From Acidobacteriaceae bacterium (GTDB lineage: Bacteria; Acidobacteriota; Terriglobia; Terriglobales; Acidobacteriaceae), in assembly GCA_030041305.1 (NCBI GenBank), contig JASHOC010000174.1, positions 789-64,788 of the forward strand: 64,000 bases of DNA, in the 5' to 3' direction. Position numbers and translations under genes: made by a program. Below, piece after piece: positions 55,058 through 64,000 of this stretch; position 1 is the first letter of the stretch, and each line of letters opens with the position of its first letter. The notes below the pieces were generated by a model. That model searched no databases. It was given only the letters and a program-made list of their open reading frames with translations, and was not told where the DNA came from.

Positions 55058-55798
55058 CTATGCAGTTGCAAAATCGAACAGGGCCCGAATGTGCGCGGCG
55101 GTGGTGTTCAGATAACGGACACCCTCGTGCTCGAAGTTCACCTCTTCTTTGGCGGAGGGAAACGCCAGCGGCAGCTCGGTGCAGGCGAGACAAACGGCAG
55201 CTCCATGGGGAACCGCTCCACCGAGCGCGTTTTTTGCGATCGCGTGCATGCGTTTGTCCGCATCGGCGATCTGGCCCTCGTGCAACGCCTCGATCATCTT
55301 CACCACCGCCGCTCGCGTTCTCGTGCTGGCCGGGCTTGCGGCGTCAATTCCGTAGCGGAGAAACGTCTCCGGGTACATGCTGGATTGCATCGTCATCGCT
55401 GTTCCCAAAACCAGCACCCGGCTTACTCCCAGGCGCACCGCCTCCCGCGCGGTCGCCTCCACAATGCTGAGCACCGGAATAGCGATCCCACTTGTGATGC
55501 TTGCAAACCGATGGTGCGCCGTATTGCTGGCGATCACCGCCACCTCGACGTCGCTTGCCTGCAGCCGCCGCAGCGCCGTGCGGTGGTACTCATCGAACCT
55601 GCGCCACGATTCCGGGTCCTCATCGCGCCCAAGCAGAGCAAAGGCCGTGTGCAGATCGAGCGACTCAATGCAAATTTCAGGCGTCAATGGCCCATCGCGT
55701 ACGTTCTTCGCCTTGCGCTCACTGAGCCGGCAAAGACCCGCATAATACTCCACCGTCGATTGCCAGCCCACTCCGCCGACGATCCCGATGCGCTTCAT
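55058..55798 (-). CDS. Aspartate/glutamate racemase-family protein with atypical Ser/Cys catalytic pair
   Basis: 'MKRIGIVGGVG'. The first catalytic motif reads 'VIASNTAH' (Ser where Cys is canonical), and the second, 'CLACTELP', retains Cys. Confidence 0.75.
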   Translation of the reverse strand: MKRIGIVGGVGWQSTVEYYAGLCRLSERKAKNVRDGPLTPEICIESLDLHTAFALLGRDEDPESWRRFDEYHRTALRRLQASDVEVAVIASNTAHHRFASITSGIAIPVLSIVEATAREAVRLGVSRVLVLGTAMTMQSSMYPETFLRYGIDAASPASTRTRAAVVKMIEALHEGQIADADKRMHAIAKNALGGAVPHGAAVCLACTELPLAFPSAKEEVNFEHEGVRYLNTTAAHIRALFDFATA

Positions 55799-56535
55799 CG
55801 CTGCCTCGACCGCGCAAAACCTTCCAGCAAAGCAACCAGTTCGCGCGAGGCGAAAGCGGTTTCGTCGACAAAGTGAACCGTGCCCGCATCCGCCATCTCC
55901 CGCGCCGCACGCAGGAATCCGCCCAAAGCCGCGCGGGCCAGAGCGCTACCCGTGCTCAGCCGCCGCACTCCGAGCGCGGATAACTCATCCCGGCTTAATG
56001 CGAGCCCAGGCATTCCCGCTAGCACATTCACCGGACGATCGACTTCCCGGATGACCGCAGCAATCTGCTCCTTGGTCGTGAGCCCCGGTGCATAGAGCAC
56101 GTCCGCGCCGGCTGCCTGATAATTCTGCAGCCGCACAATCGTGTCCTTCAGGTCGGGCCGTCCGTGCAGAAAGTTTTCTGCCCGCGCGCACAGGATAAAC
56201 GGAACGGAAAGCGAGTGCGCCGCCTCCGCAGCAGCGCGAATGCGATCGGTGGCGTGGCGGACATCATGGATCGGATCCGAGTCATTTCCTGTCGCATCTT
56301 CAATCGAACCGCCGACCAGACCGTTGGCCGCAGCTAGGCGAATCGTCTCCGCCACGGTTTTCGGCTCATGGCCATATCCGTTTTCCAGATCGCCGCTTAC
56401 GGGTAAATCGGTGGCGGCCGCAATTTCCGCGACGTGCGCCAGCATGGCCTCACGGCCCACCTGGCCGTCCAGCACAACGCGGCGGGTTACTCGCTCGAGG
56501 GACACTCCGGACATCATCGGCATCAGTATGCGCAT
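55795..56535 (-). CDS. Isocitrate lyase/PEP mutase-family protein, apparently N-terminally truncated
   Basis: 'LPVSGDLENGYGH' and 'GLVGGSIEDATG' are PEP_mutase motifs. The ~45 N-terminal residues (first strand and the WD motif) are absent, and an in-frame TAG lies 21 nt upstream of the ATG. Confidence 0.6.
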   Translation of the reverse strand: MRILMPMMSGVSLERVTRRVVLDGQVGREAMLAHVAEIAAATDLPVSGDLENGYGHEPKTVAETIRLAAANGLVGGSIEDATGNDSDPIHDVRHATDRIRAAAEAAHSLSVPFILCARAENFLHGRPDLKDTIVRLQNYQAAGADVLYAPGLTTKEQIAAVIREVDRPVNVLAGMPGLALSRDELSALGVRRLSTGSALARAALGGFLRAAREMADAGTVHFVDETAFASRELVALLEGFARSRQR

Positions 56536-56569
56536 TGCCAGGCAGGAACACTTCGACTAACGTAAAACA

Positions 56570-57268
56570 ATGATTGTCGAAACGGCGGACGCCGCGGTTG
56601 CCCGGATCGCTTCGGCCATCGGCGAACCGGCGCGCGTCCGCATGCTGATGTGCCTGCTTGACGGCCGTGCGCGAACCAGCACCGAGCTTGCCGTGGTGGC
56701 GAGTGTCGCCCCTCCTACCGCGAGCGCGCACCTGAATCGGCTGAAGGCGGAGAACCTGGTCGCCGTGCACGCGCAGGGCAAACATCGCTACTATGTTCTG
56801 AAATCGGCCCAGGTGGCGCGCGCTCTGGAAGGCATCAATGTGCTGGCCGGCGCGCCGCGGGACGCATTTCAGCCATCCACACCGGTTCCGTATCGCCTTG
56901 CGCGAAGCTGCTATGACCACATGGCGGGAAAAATCGCCGTGCAGCTCCTTGAGCGGTTTCGTGCCCTTCGCTGGTTGCGCGCTCACTCCGCCGGCGCCAA
57001 CGCGCTGCAGCTCATGCAGGAAGGGGCCGCTGGATTGGCAGCGCTCGGGGTGGATCTGGATGCCGCTCGCGCTTCACGGCGCAGATTCGCTTATGGGTGC
57101 CTGGATTGGAGCGAACGCCGCTTGCATCTCGCCGGCGCGCTCGGCTCCGCCCTGCTCCAGATGCTTGTCGAACGCCGCTGGGTGGAACACGAACTTGACA
57201 GCCGTGCGCTCCACATTACCGCCCGCGGACGCCGGGAGCTCAACCAGCGACTGCAAATTGAAATCTGA
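56570..57268 (+). CDS. ArsR/SmtB-family winged-helix regulator with ~130-aa C-terminal extension
   Basis: 'IGEPARVRMLMCLLDGRARTSTELAVVASVAPPTASAHLNRLKAENLVAVHAQGKHRYYVL'. Confidence 0.8.
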   Translation: MIVETADAAVARIASAIGEPARVRMLMCLLDGRARTSTELAVVASVAPPTASAHLNRLKAENLVAVHAQGKHRYYVLKSAQVARALEGINVLAGAPRDAFQPSTPVPYRLARSCYDHMAGKIAVQLLERFRALRWLRAHSAGANALQLMQEGAAGLAALGVDLDAARASRRRFAYGCLDWSERRLHLAGALGSALLQMLVERRWVEHELDSRALHITARGRRELNQRLQIEI

Positions 57269-57449
57269 CGCGTCCATTTTCTGCCCGCGTCGAAGCGCAG
57301 GACCATGCCCAAGATATTTGCCGGCGTTCGGGCTATAGCGGTTTAGGAAATGCTGTAGGGGGCAACCGGAGAAGCCGAGCCGACGCCATCTCAAATGGAA
57401 ACCGCGGTAGCACCTCAAATGGGAAAACCTGAGCCCTGACCCCTGTTCC

Positions 57450-59228
57450 TCAGTCCGCGTATGCCTCTTCTTGCACCTTGGCCTTCTCCACCAGCACGCC
57501 GGGGTAATACGCATTGCGGGTGTACTGGCGAACCATGCGATCGGTGTTGAAGTAGGAGCCGTTGTACGCCAGGGTAGTGCGCATCAGCCGCCCCCACTTC
57601 TGGGGTTCATCGCGGTAAAGCGGAACCACGGCGGTTTCCAACTTTCGGTAGAGCGACTGCGCTTCTTCCTCATCGCTGTCGCCATCTTCGATGGCCCACC
57701 CCGTCACGCCTTCGATGCACCCCTCGATCCACCACCCGTCCAGAATCGACAAGCTCGGCACGCCGTTGAGCGCGGCCTTCATCCCGCTCGTGCCTGAAGC
57801 TTCATACGGCCGCCGCGGGTTATTCACCCACACGTCCACCCCCGAAGTGAGCAGCGCGCCCAGATCCCACGCGTAATTCTCCAGATACACCACACGCAAG
57901 GTATCGTTGGAGAATTTCGTCGCGTCCTCCACCACCTTCTGGAGCAGCGCCTTGCCCGGCTCGTCTTGCGGATGGGCTTTGCCGGAATATATGATCTGCA
58001 AACCGCCCGCCGCCTCGGCGATCGCCTGCAGTCGCTGCGGATCGGTGAACAACAGATTGGCGCGCTTGTACGCCGCCGCGCGCCGCGCAAACCCCAGCGT
58101 CAGCACCCTGGGGTTCAATACCACGCCGGTCCGCGAAGCCACCTCGGCCAGTAAGTCGTCCTTGGCCCGGGCGTGCGCGTCCAGAATTTTCGTCTCCTGT
58201 AAATCGACCAGGTTTCGGAGATAAAGATTATCCCCCCGCCACGCCGGAACCTCTTCGTCCAGCAACTGCTGCACCGGCGCCGAAACCCACGTCGCCGCGT
58301 GCACGCCGTTCGTGATGCTGTCGATGGCAAACTCGGGAAACATCTTGCGCGACACCCTGCCGTGTTGCATGGCCACGCCGTTGGCGTACCGCGAAAAGCG
58401 CAGCGCCAGCAGCGTCATGTTCAGCAGCCCATCGCGGAAGCACCCCAGTTTTTCGAGCCGCGCCGTCCTGTCCCCGCCCAGAATGCGTATCGTCTGCTCC
58501 GTCGAAAACTTGTCGTGGCCTGCCTGCACCGGCGTATGCGTCGTAAACACGCACTTCCGCCTCACTTGCTCTATATCGGCTTCCGTGGCCACGTTCAGCG
58601 GACCCCCGCCAAGCTGGCATTCCAGCAGCGCCAAGGTCAGCAGCGCCGCATGCCCCTCGTTCATGTGGTAAACATTCACCTGCCGGCCCAGCGCGCTCGC
58701 CATGCGCACGCCGCCCATTCCCAATACGATCTCCTGCTGCAGCCGGTAATTGATGTCCCCGCCATAAAGGTGATCCGTCAGTCCCCGATCCCATCCCGAG
58801 TTCCCATCCAGATCCGTATCCAGCAAATAGATGGGCACGATATGGCCAAACCGTCCTTCGAGGTCATACCGCCAGGCCCGCACCGTCACCACCCGGTCCT
58901 CGATCGACACCGTGATCCGCGCCGACTCCTCGGTGCAGAAATCTGCCGGGTTCCAGGGCTGCACTTCCTCGGTCTGCACGCCTGAAGCGTCCAGATGCTG
59001 CTGAAAGTACCCTTTTCGGTGCAGCAGCGTAAATGCCGCCACCGGCACTCCTAGATCGGCCGCGGAGCGCAGCGTGTCTCCTGCCAACATCCCCAGCCCG
59101 CCCGAATACGTGGGCATGCCTGGATCAATGGCAATCTCCATGGAGAAATAGGCAACTTGACCGGCGGGGGGAAAGGTTTCGTAAGAAATCGGTTTAGCAT
59201 TATTTTCCATATTTTCTAGTCTCTGCAA
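57450..59228 (-). CDS. glgP: Alpha-glucan (glycogen/maltodextrin) phosphorylase, short GT35 form
   Basis: 'YFSMEIAIDPGMPTYSGGLGMLAGD' and the PLP-lysine region 'YEASGTSGMKAALNGVPSLSILDGWW'. The start could instead be the ATG six codons downstream. Confidence 0.85.
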   Translation of the reverse strand: MQRLENMENNAKPISYETFPPAGQVAYFSMEIAIDPGMPTYSGGLGMLAGDTLRSAADLGVPVAAFTLLHRKGYFQQHLDASGVQTEEVQPWNPADFCTEESARITVSIEDRVVTVRAWRYDLEGRFGHIVPIYLLDTDLDGNSGWDRGLTDHLYGGDINYRLQQEIVLGMGGVRMASALGRQVNVYHMNEGHAALLTLALLECQLGGGPLNVATEADIEQVRRKCVFTTHTPVQAGHDKFSTEQTIRILGGDRTARLEKLGCFRDGLLNMTLLALRFSRYANGVAMQHGRVSRKMFPEFAIDSITNGVHAATWVSAPVQQLLDEEVPAWRGDNLYLRNLVDLQETKILDAHARAKDDLLAEVASRTGVVLNPRVLTLGFARRAAAYKRANLLFTDPQRLQAIAEAAGGLQIIYSGKAHPQDEPGKALLQKVVEDATKFSNDTLRVVYLENYAWDLGALLTSGVDVWVNNPRRPYEASGTSGMKAALNGVPSLSILDGWWIEGCIEGVTGWAIEDGDSDEEEAQSLYRKLETAVVPLYRDEPQKWGRLMRTTLAYNGSYFNTDRMVRQYTRNAYYPGVLVEKAKVQEEAYAD

Positions 59229-59457
59229 CCTCTCAGTCCCGCCAAACGACCCTCTTTATGGTAGAAACCGAAAAGCTGGCCAGAGTCGTGCGTTCTTTGT
59301 GCAACTTTCCAAGGCAGACATCCTCTCAGTTTAGCAAGGAACACACAACGCGCAACCGATTCAGTTGTGGAGGACCATACACCTTTCGTTGCAGGCGGAA
59401 AGGCCCTCCCATTTTGGATGCGACTTCGTGGGCGATCCGCCACGGCGGTGGAAATCT

Positions 59458-60612
59458 CTACTCCACCCGGTGCGCGCCGCTCGCCGCTTGGCAAATGTGA
59501 ATTTGCGGCTCGATGCCCACCCGCTCCGCGTAACGCTTGCCCAAAGCCTCGGCGAACTGCCCGGCGCTTTCCTGTTCCACCAGGTTCACCGTGCAGCCTC
59601 CGAATCCACCCCCAGTGAGCCGCGCGCCAATCAGGCCGGGCAGGTCCTGCGCCAGCTCCACCATGGCGTCGGCTTCCACGCAACTGGCCTCGAAATCGCG
59701 GCTGTAGCTCCAGTGCGCCTCGGCCATCAGGCGCCCTAGCTTTTCGAGGTCGCCTTTGCATAACGCCTCCGCCGCGGCCACGGTGCGCAGATTCTCGCTG
59801 ATAATGTGACGGGCGCGCAGCAGCGATTTGGAATCCATCTCGTGGCCCCATTGCTCCAGGTCCTCCAGCGTGGCGTCGCGTAAAAAACGCACCCCCGGCC
59901 GATGGCTGGCAATCACGGCGCACGCCGCTTCCGATTCCCCGCGCCGCGTCTTGTAATCGCCTCCCGCCACCGAGTGCTTCACCATCGTGTTGGCGATCAC
60001 CAGCGCCACGTCCGCCGGAATCGGCGCCAGCTTGAAACTCAAATCGCGGCAATCCAGCAGCAGCGCGTGGTTTTCTCGCCCGTTCACTGAGATGAATTGG
60101 TCCATGATGCCGCAGCTAGCGCCCACAAACTCGTTTTCTGCGCGCTGGCACAGCCGCGCCAGCACCGGCCCCGGATATGCGGTCCCAATCAGCGAAAGCA
60201 GGGCGAACGCGGTCGCCACTTCAATTGCCGCCGAGCTCGAAAGCCCCGAGCCCAGAGGCACATCGCCCCACAGCGTCAAACTGAAGGGCGGAATGGTGTG
60301 GCCCTCGCCGGCCAGAACGGCCGCCACGCCCATCGGGTAATCGCTCCAATGGCCAATTCCCTTCCCCGGCAGCTCCACCGCGGAAAAGACCCTCTGCTCG
60401 CCGTAATTTTCTGAATACACAACGATTCGCCCGTCATTCCGCGGCGAAATCCCGGCCAACGTAGCGAAATTGATGGCCGCCGGCATCACGAACCCCTCCG
60501 CGTAGTCGGTGTGTTCGCCAATCAGGTTCACGCGGCCAGGCGCGACAAATATCGCCGGCTCCGCTTCAAACCGCTCCCTGTGCATGGAACGGAAGACCGA
60601 TGGATCATGCAT
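59458..60612 (-). CDS. galK: Galactokinase
   Basis: 'APGRVNLIGEHTDYAEGFVMP' and the GHMP motif 'VPLGSGLSSSAAIEVA'. ATG 60612 was chosen; the long ORF-track extension overlaps the upstream gene. Confidence 0.9.
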   Translation of the reverse strand: MHDPSVFRSMHRERFEAEPAIFVAPGRVNLIGEHTDYAEGFVMPAAINFATLAGISPRNDGRIVVYSENYGEQRVFSAVELPGKGIGHWSDYPMGVAAVLAGEGHTIPPFSLTLWGDVPLGSGLSSSAAIEVATAFALLSLIGTAYPGPVLARLCQRAENEFVGASCGIMDQFISVNGRENHALLLDCRDLSFKLAPIPADVALVIANTMVKHSVAGGDYKTRRGESEAACAVIASHRPGVRFLRDATLEDLEQWGHEMDSKSLLRARHIISENLRTVAAAEALCKGDLEKLGRLMAEAHWSYSRDFEASCVEADAMVELAQDLPGLIGARLTGGGFGGCTVNLVEQESAGQFAEALGKRYAERVGIEPQIHICQAASGAHRVE

Positions 60613-60782
60613 CCTTGTTAACCTCAATTTGAATTCAAAAAATTCCAAAACAGCGCTTTCATCTTCAGTGATCGGCGCCTGCGAGGCCGGCGAGGGCGTC
60701 GAAGGATCCGCGATTTCTCTTTGCAGCCCATGGCTCCGCGGTTGCATTGACAACGTTTTCTTTTTGTCCAACCCAACAAACT

Positions 60783-62225
60783 CTAGCTTCGCTCCTGGCT
60801 CATCACTTCCGCACACGCCGCGCTCAGCCGATCCCAGATCTCGCCCATCCAGGCTTCGTGCTCCGGCTTCATTAGCACCGAGCGCAGACAGGTGACCCCT
60901 CCGGCAACAGGCGGGCTCTCGGCGCCGCCGGCAAGGCCAAACCAGGAACCCGGCAATTGTACAAGAGCCAGATGCAAACCTCGCGCGGCGCATGCATCGA
61001 ACAGCTCTTGCGCATGATGGCTGGCCTCGCGCGCGCTGGGACCTCGCACGGCCCAGACCACAATATCCAGTTCCGGCTTGCCGGCCGCCAGCGGCGCAAA
61101 CCGCACATCTTCGCGCAGCCGCCGGTCCAACTCCAACGCCGCGGCCCGGCCGCGCTTCAAGCCCCGCGCAAATTCCCCCTCCGGCGTCAACGGCAAAAGC
61201 TTTTGCGTCGCCCAAAGCGCCACCGCCGCCGCGCCTGCCCGCGAGCACTCCAGGCTGATCTCACCCAAATGCACCGGGCCCCCGGCGAGCGATTTTTGCT
61301 CGCTGGGGTGCAGGTGTAGTTCTTTCGAAGTGAAATACGTGTACGGCGAGTCATGCTTGTACAGTCGCCCCACGCTCGGGTCGCGGAACAGGACGCATCC
61401 GCATCCATACGGCTGCAGCCCGTGCTTGTGCGGATCCACCACAATCGAATCCGCCGCTCCCAGCGCCGCGTAGGCGCGCCTTGCCGGCTCATCCAGCGCA
61501 TCCGCCGTCAGCCGGAAATACCCTCCATACGCCGCATCCACGTGCACCCGGAAGCCATAACGCCCCTTGAGCGCCAGAATCCCGTCCAGCGGGTCCACAG
61601 CCCCCATCGCCGTGGTTCCCAGCGTCGCCACCACTGCGCCTACATCGCCCTTTCGCAACTCGGCTTCGAGCCCTTCGAGACGCATCCGCCCGCACTCGTC
61701 CGCGGCAATCTCCCCATAGTCGAGCCGCAACACCGCGGAAATCCGCCGATGCGTGTAATGCGCCTGCTCGCAGCCCACCACCCGCCGGCCCGGAGCCAAC
61801 TGTCCCGCAACCCAGAGCGCTTCCAGATTGGCGAACGTGCCGCTCGAAGTCAGATGCCCCAGGTACGAGCCCGGTCCGTCCGTCCAGCCAAACATTCCCG
61901 CAATCTCGCCCACCGCCTCGATCTCCATCTCCGAGCTGGCGCGGCCTCCATCGCGGGCGTGGTTGTTGGGATTGATGTACATTGCCAACGCGTACGCCGC
62001 GCGCGCCACTGGATGCGGCGGCTTCAGCATCTGGCCGGCGTAGAGAGGATGGAAATATGGATAGTTGTCGCCCAGGCGCCGAGCCGTCTCCGCGAGAATC
62101 CGCTCCATCGCCCGCGCATCGGCAGCCAGCGCAGTCACCGGCGCGAACCCGGGAAGCGCAGCGAACTCCCCCTCCAGCAAACGCGTTGCTTCGTCCAGCA
62201 AGCCGGGTACGGGATCCTGCGTCAT
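60783..62225 (-). CDS. Group II PLP-dependent amino-acid decarboxylase
   Basis: 'HVDAAYGGYF' and the PLP-lysine motif 'SIVVDPHKHGLQPYGCGCVLFRD'. GGGAGG lies upstream of ATG 62225. Confidence 0.8.
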   Translation of the reverse strand: MTQDPVPGLLDEATRLLEGEFAALPGFAPVTALAADARAMERILAETARRLGDNYPYFHPLYAGQMLKPPHPVARAAYALAMYINPNNHARDGGRASSEMEIEAVGEIAGMFGWTDGPGSYLGHLTSSGTFANLEALWVAGQLAPGRRVVGCEQAHYTHRRISAVLRLDYGEIAADECGRMRLEGLEAELRKGDVGAVVATLGTTAMGAVDPLDGILALKGRYGFRVHVDAAYGGYFRLTADALDEPARRAYAALGAADSIVVDPHKHGLQPYGCGCVLFRDPSVGRLYKHDSPYTYFTSKELHLHPSEQKSLAGGPVHLGEISLECSRAGAAAVALWATQKLLPLTPEGEFARGLKRGRAAALELDRRLREDVRFAPLAAGKPELDIVVWAVRGPSAREASHHAQELFDACAARGLHLALVQLPGSWFGLAGGAESPPVAGGVTCLRSVLMKPEHEAWMGEIWDRLSAACAEVMSQERS

Positions 62226-62475
62226 CGCGACCTCCCACCCTATCACAACCCGGCGTGGCGTGCTAAACCCATATTGGTCAGTGAGTTCCGGAGTGGGAAA
62301 TCAAAAAATGAGATAAGGCGCAAAATTCCCCTCGCACTTTTTGACGGGGATGCTACACTATCGTCAGCGTTAGAACCAATCGGGCGTGAGCAGCAACTCG
62401 CCCAACCAAGCAAGATTCTGCCAGTGGTCGCTCCGATTTATCCAGCGCAATTCACTCCAGGACAATCGAACAAGT

Positions 62476-62676
62476 ATGGAACAAGGTACTGTGAAATGGT
62501 TTAACGACGCGAAAGGCTTCGGCTTCATTTCGCGCCAGAACGGCGAAGACGTCTTCGTGCACTACTCTGCAATCAACTCGAGCGGCTTCAAGAGCTTGCA
62601 GGAAGGCCAAGCCGTGCAGTTCAACGTCGTGAAGGGCCCCAAGGGTTGGCAGGCTGCGGACGTGCAGCCGCTCTAG
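62476..62676 (+). CDS. cspA: Cold-shock protein (CspA family)
   Basis: 66 aa: '[15 protein letters not shown]' (RNP1) and 'DVFVHYS' (RNP2). Confidence 0.95.
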   Translation: MEQGTVKWFNDAKGFGFISRQNGEDVFVHYSAINSSGFKSLQEGQAVQFNVVKGPKGWQAADVQPL

Positions 62677-63060
62677 ACACCCACCGGCCGGATTTCGGCA
62701 AAATTGAACAAACACACAAGGGGGTGGAGGCTTCTTCCGCCCTCCCTGTGCTCGTCCATTGCCGCGGCGGCCCGCAACTCTCAAAACTTACTCGCTCCCG
62801 ATTGCCTTTCGCGCCGCGACAGGTTCGCGCCGGAGCTTACTTCCCTACGCCCTCTGCGTCGGCTCCGCGGGCGAAGAAACAATTGCCCGCGCCATCTCCT
62901 GGGACCGGCCTCCAAGACCGAATGCTCACCCGCGCCCACCGCTCGGCTCGGCTTCTGCATCCTTTGACCCTGAAGGAAACCGGCCTCACCGCCGCCGGGA
63001 GCACGCTCCAGCCCAATCGCCAACCTTCCAATTCCCATTTGCTTCCTCGTCGGTCCGGCG

Positions 63061-63097
63061 ACCCGCTGACTCGCTGACCTGTTGACTCGCTAACCCG
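63061..63097. repeat. 8-bp tandem repeat array, complementary orientation (CCGCTGAC TCGCTGAC CTGTTGAC TCGCTAAC)
   Basis: Read directly. It is the reverse complement of the GTTAGCG/GTCAGCG family and lies downstream of cspA. Confidence 0.8.
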
Positions 63098-63206
63098 GAA
63101 TCCCCCGTCCACCGGTCGCAACCTAAAATCCCATCCCTTGCTATGATGGGAACAGGGTTTTACGAGTTCTTCCTTATGTAATCGCTCGAGCCTGTATTCT
63201 TCCTAA

Positions 63207-64000
63207 ATGACTCCAGCCTCTCACGCCGCCCCCTCGCCGGAAGCTGCCGCGCCCCTGCCTCAGCCCACCCTGGCGGCGACGGCGCGGATCGCTCCCCGTC
63301 ATCACGCCCCGGAACTTCATGCGCCCACTCCCGGCGCCACGGCTACCCTCATCCACGACCTGCGCGAACTGTTTAAAGTAAAAGTCGTGGGGCTGGTGCT
63401 GGTCACCGGTTGGGGCGGCTTTTATCTGGGCTCCTTGCAGTCGGGAATCTCCAGCGTGCAGGTCGGGCTACTCGACACGCTGCTCGGCATCGGCCTCGTC
63501 TCCGCCGGAGCTGGCGCGTTGAATGAGGCGCTCGAACGCACCACCGACGCGCGCATGGTGCGCACTGCCGACCGCCCCTTGGCTTCGGGCCGCTTCCCAC
63601 TTGCCGCCGGCGTCGTCGCCGGCCTCGGAGCCCTCGCTCTGGGCGCTTTCTGCCTCCTCCTCCGCACTAACCTGATCACCGTCTCGCTGGCCCTGCTCAC
63701 TGCGTTTACCTACGTCGCCATTTACACCCCGCTTAAGCGCGTCACCACCCTGGCCACCTTCATCGGCGCCTTTCCGGGAGCCATGGGCCCCATGCTGGGC
63801 TGGACCGCCGCCCGCGGCCGCATCGAGTGGCCCGCCGTCGCCCTCTTCGCCATTCTCTTCGTCTGGCAATTTCCCCATTTCATGTCCATCTCCTGGCTTT
63901 ACCGCCAGGACTACGCCCGCGCCGGCATCCGCATGTTGCCCGTCGTCCAGCCTGACGGCCTTTCCACCGTCGTCGAAGCTCTCTTCTACGCCGTGCTGAT
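63207..64000 (+). CDS. ctaB: Protoheme IX farnesyltransferase (heme O synthase), 5' part; continues beyond the window
   Basis: ATG 63207 comes right after an in-frame TAA, and the frame stays open to the end of the window. The translation '...LRELFKVKVVGLVLVTGWGGFYLG...GAGALNEALERTTDARMVRTADRPLASG...' carries the UbiA NxxxDxxxD motif. It is absent from the ORF track because there is no stop codon. Confidence 0.85.
   Translation, partial: MTPASHAAPSPEAAAPLPQPTLAATARIAPRHHAPELHAPTPGATATLIHDLRELFKVKVVGLVLVTGWGGFYLGSLQSGISSVQVGLLDTLLGIGLVSAGAGALNEALERTTDARMVRTADRPLASGRFPLAAGVVAGLGALALGAFCLLLRTNLITVSLALLTAFTYVAIYTPLKRVTTLATFIGAFPGAMGPMLGWTAARGRIEWPAVALFAILFVWQFPHFMSISWLYRQDYARAGIRMLPVVQPDGLSTVVEALFYAVL

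Noticed and set aside
62226-62475. Long 5' region of cspA as a possible cold-shock thermosensor leader
   Set aside because: Long structured cspA leaders are known in E. coli, but I saw no recognisable cold-box or conserved structure here. The region is also a divergent promoter spacer, so nothing specific can be supported.

Overview
High-GC bacterial chromosomal segment of 64 kb. The gene style (CarboxypepD_reg-type TonB receptor, BlaI/BlaR1 pair, Tat-exported sugar oxidoreductases, membrane-anchored wHTH regulator, short G-rich intergenic tandem repeats) suggests Acidobacteriota, but that is inference only. Most of the window is housekeeping: serine biosynthesis (class-V aminotransferase, serA), glnD, rsmA, sulfate assimilation (cysD-cysN-cysH-tauE), molybdenum genes (mog, mop, mobA), rarA, a TrmH-family methyltransferase, tsaC, tlyA, nadK, an NtrC-type two-component system, dtd, glgP, galK, cspA and ctaB. 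Four parts look accessory or unusual. (1) About 4.7 kb lies between tlyA and nadK, with a 53-bp duplication of the tlyA 3' end. It carries a three-gene minus-strand cassette (31720-34412): a six-bladed Asp-box propeller ending in a perfect (Glu-Pro)24[12 protein letters not shown] tail, an FIH-like JmjC/cupin 2OG oxygenase, and a prolyl-4-hydroxylase-type 2OG oxygenase. I propose this as a self-contained protein-hydroxylation system; it is my top candidate for something undescribed. (2) A BlaI/BlaR1-type pair has a sensor built from 13 His-containing heptapeptide repeats plus a GSGNI-repeat (DUF4097-like) domain. (3) A carbohydrate locus encodes a TonB receptor, a discoidin protein, and a Tat-exported Gfo/Idh/MocA plus xylose-isomerase-like TIM-barrel pair, which fits oxidative, non-hydrolytic glycoside cleavage. 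(4) A dispersed family of 7-bp and 8-bp tandem-repeat arrays sits at gene 3' ends, and a 1.9-kb nearly gene-free stretch follows mop. No rRNA, convincing tRNA, CRISPR array, transposase or integrase was seen. Everything rests on reading the sequence and the ORF track by eye; no searches or statistics were run.
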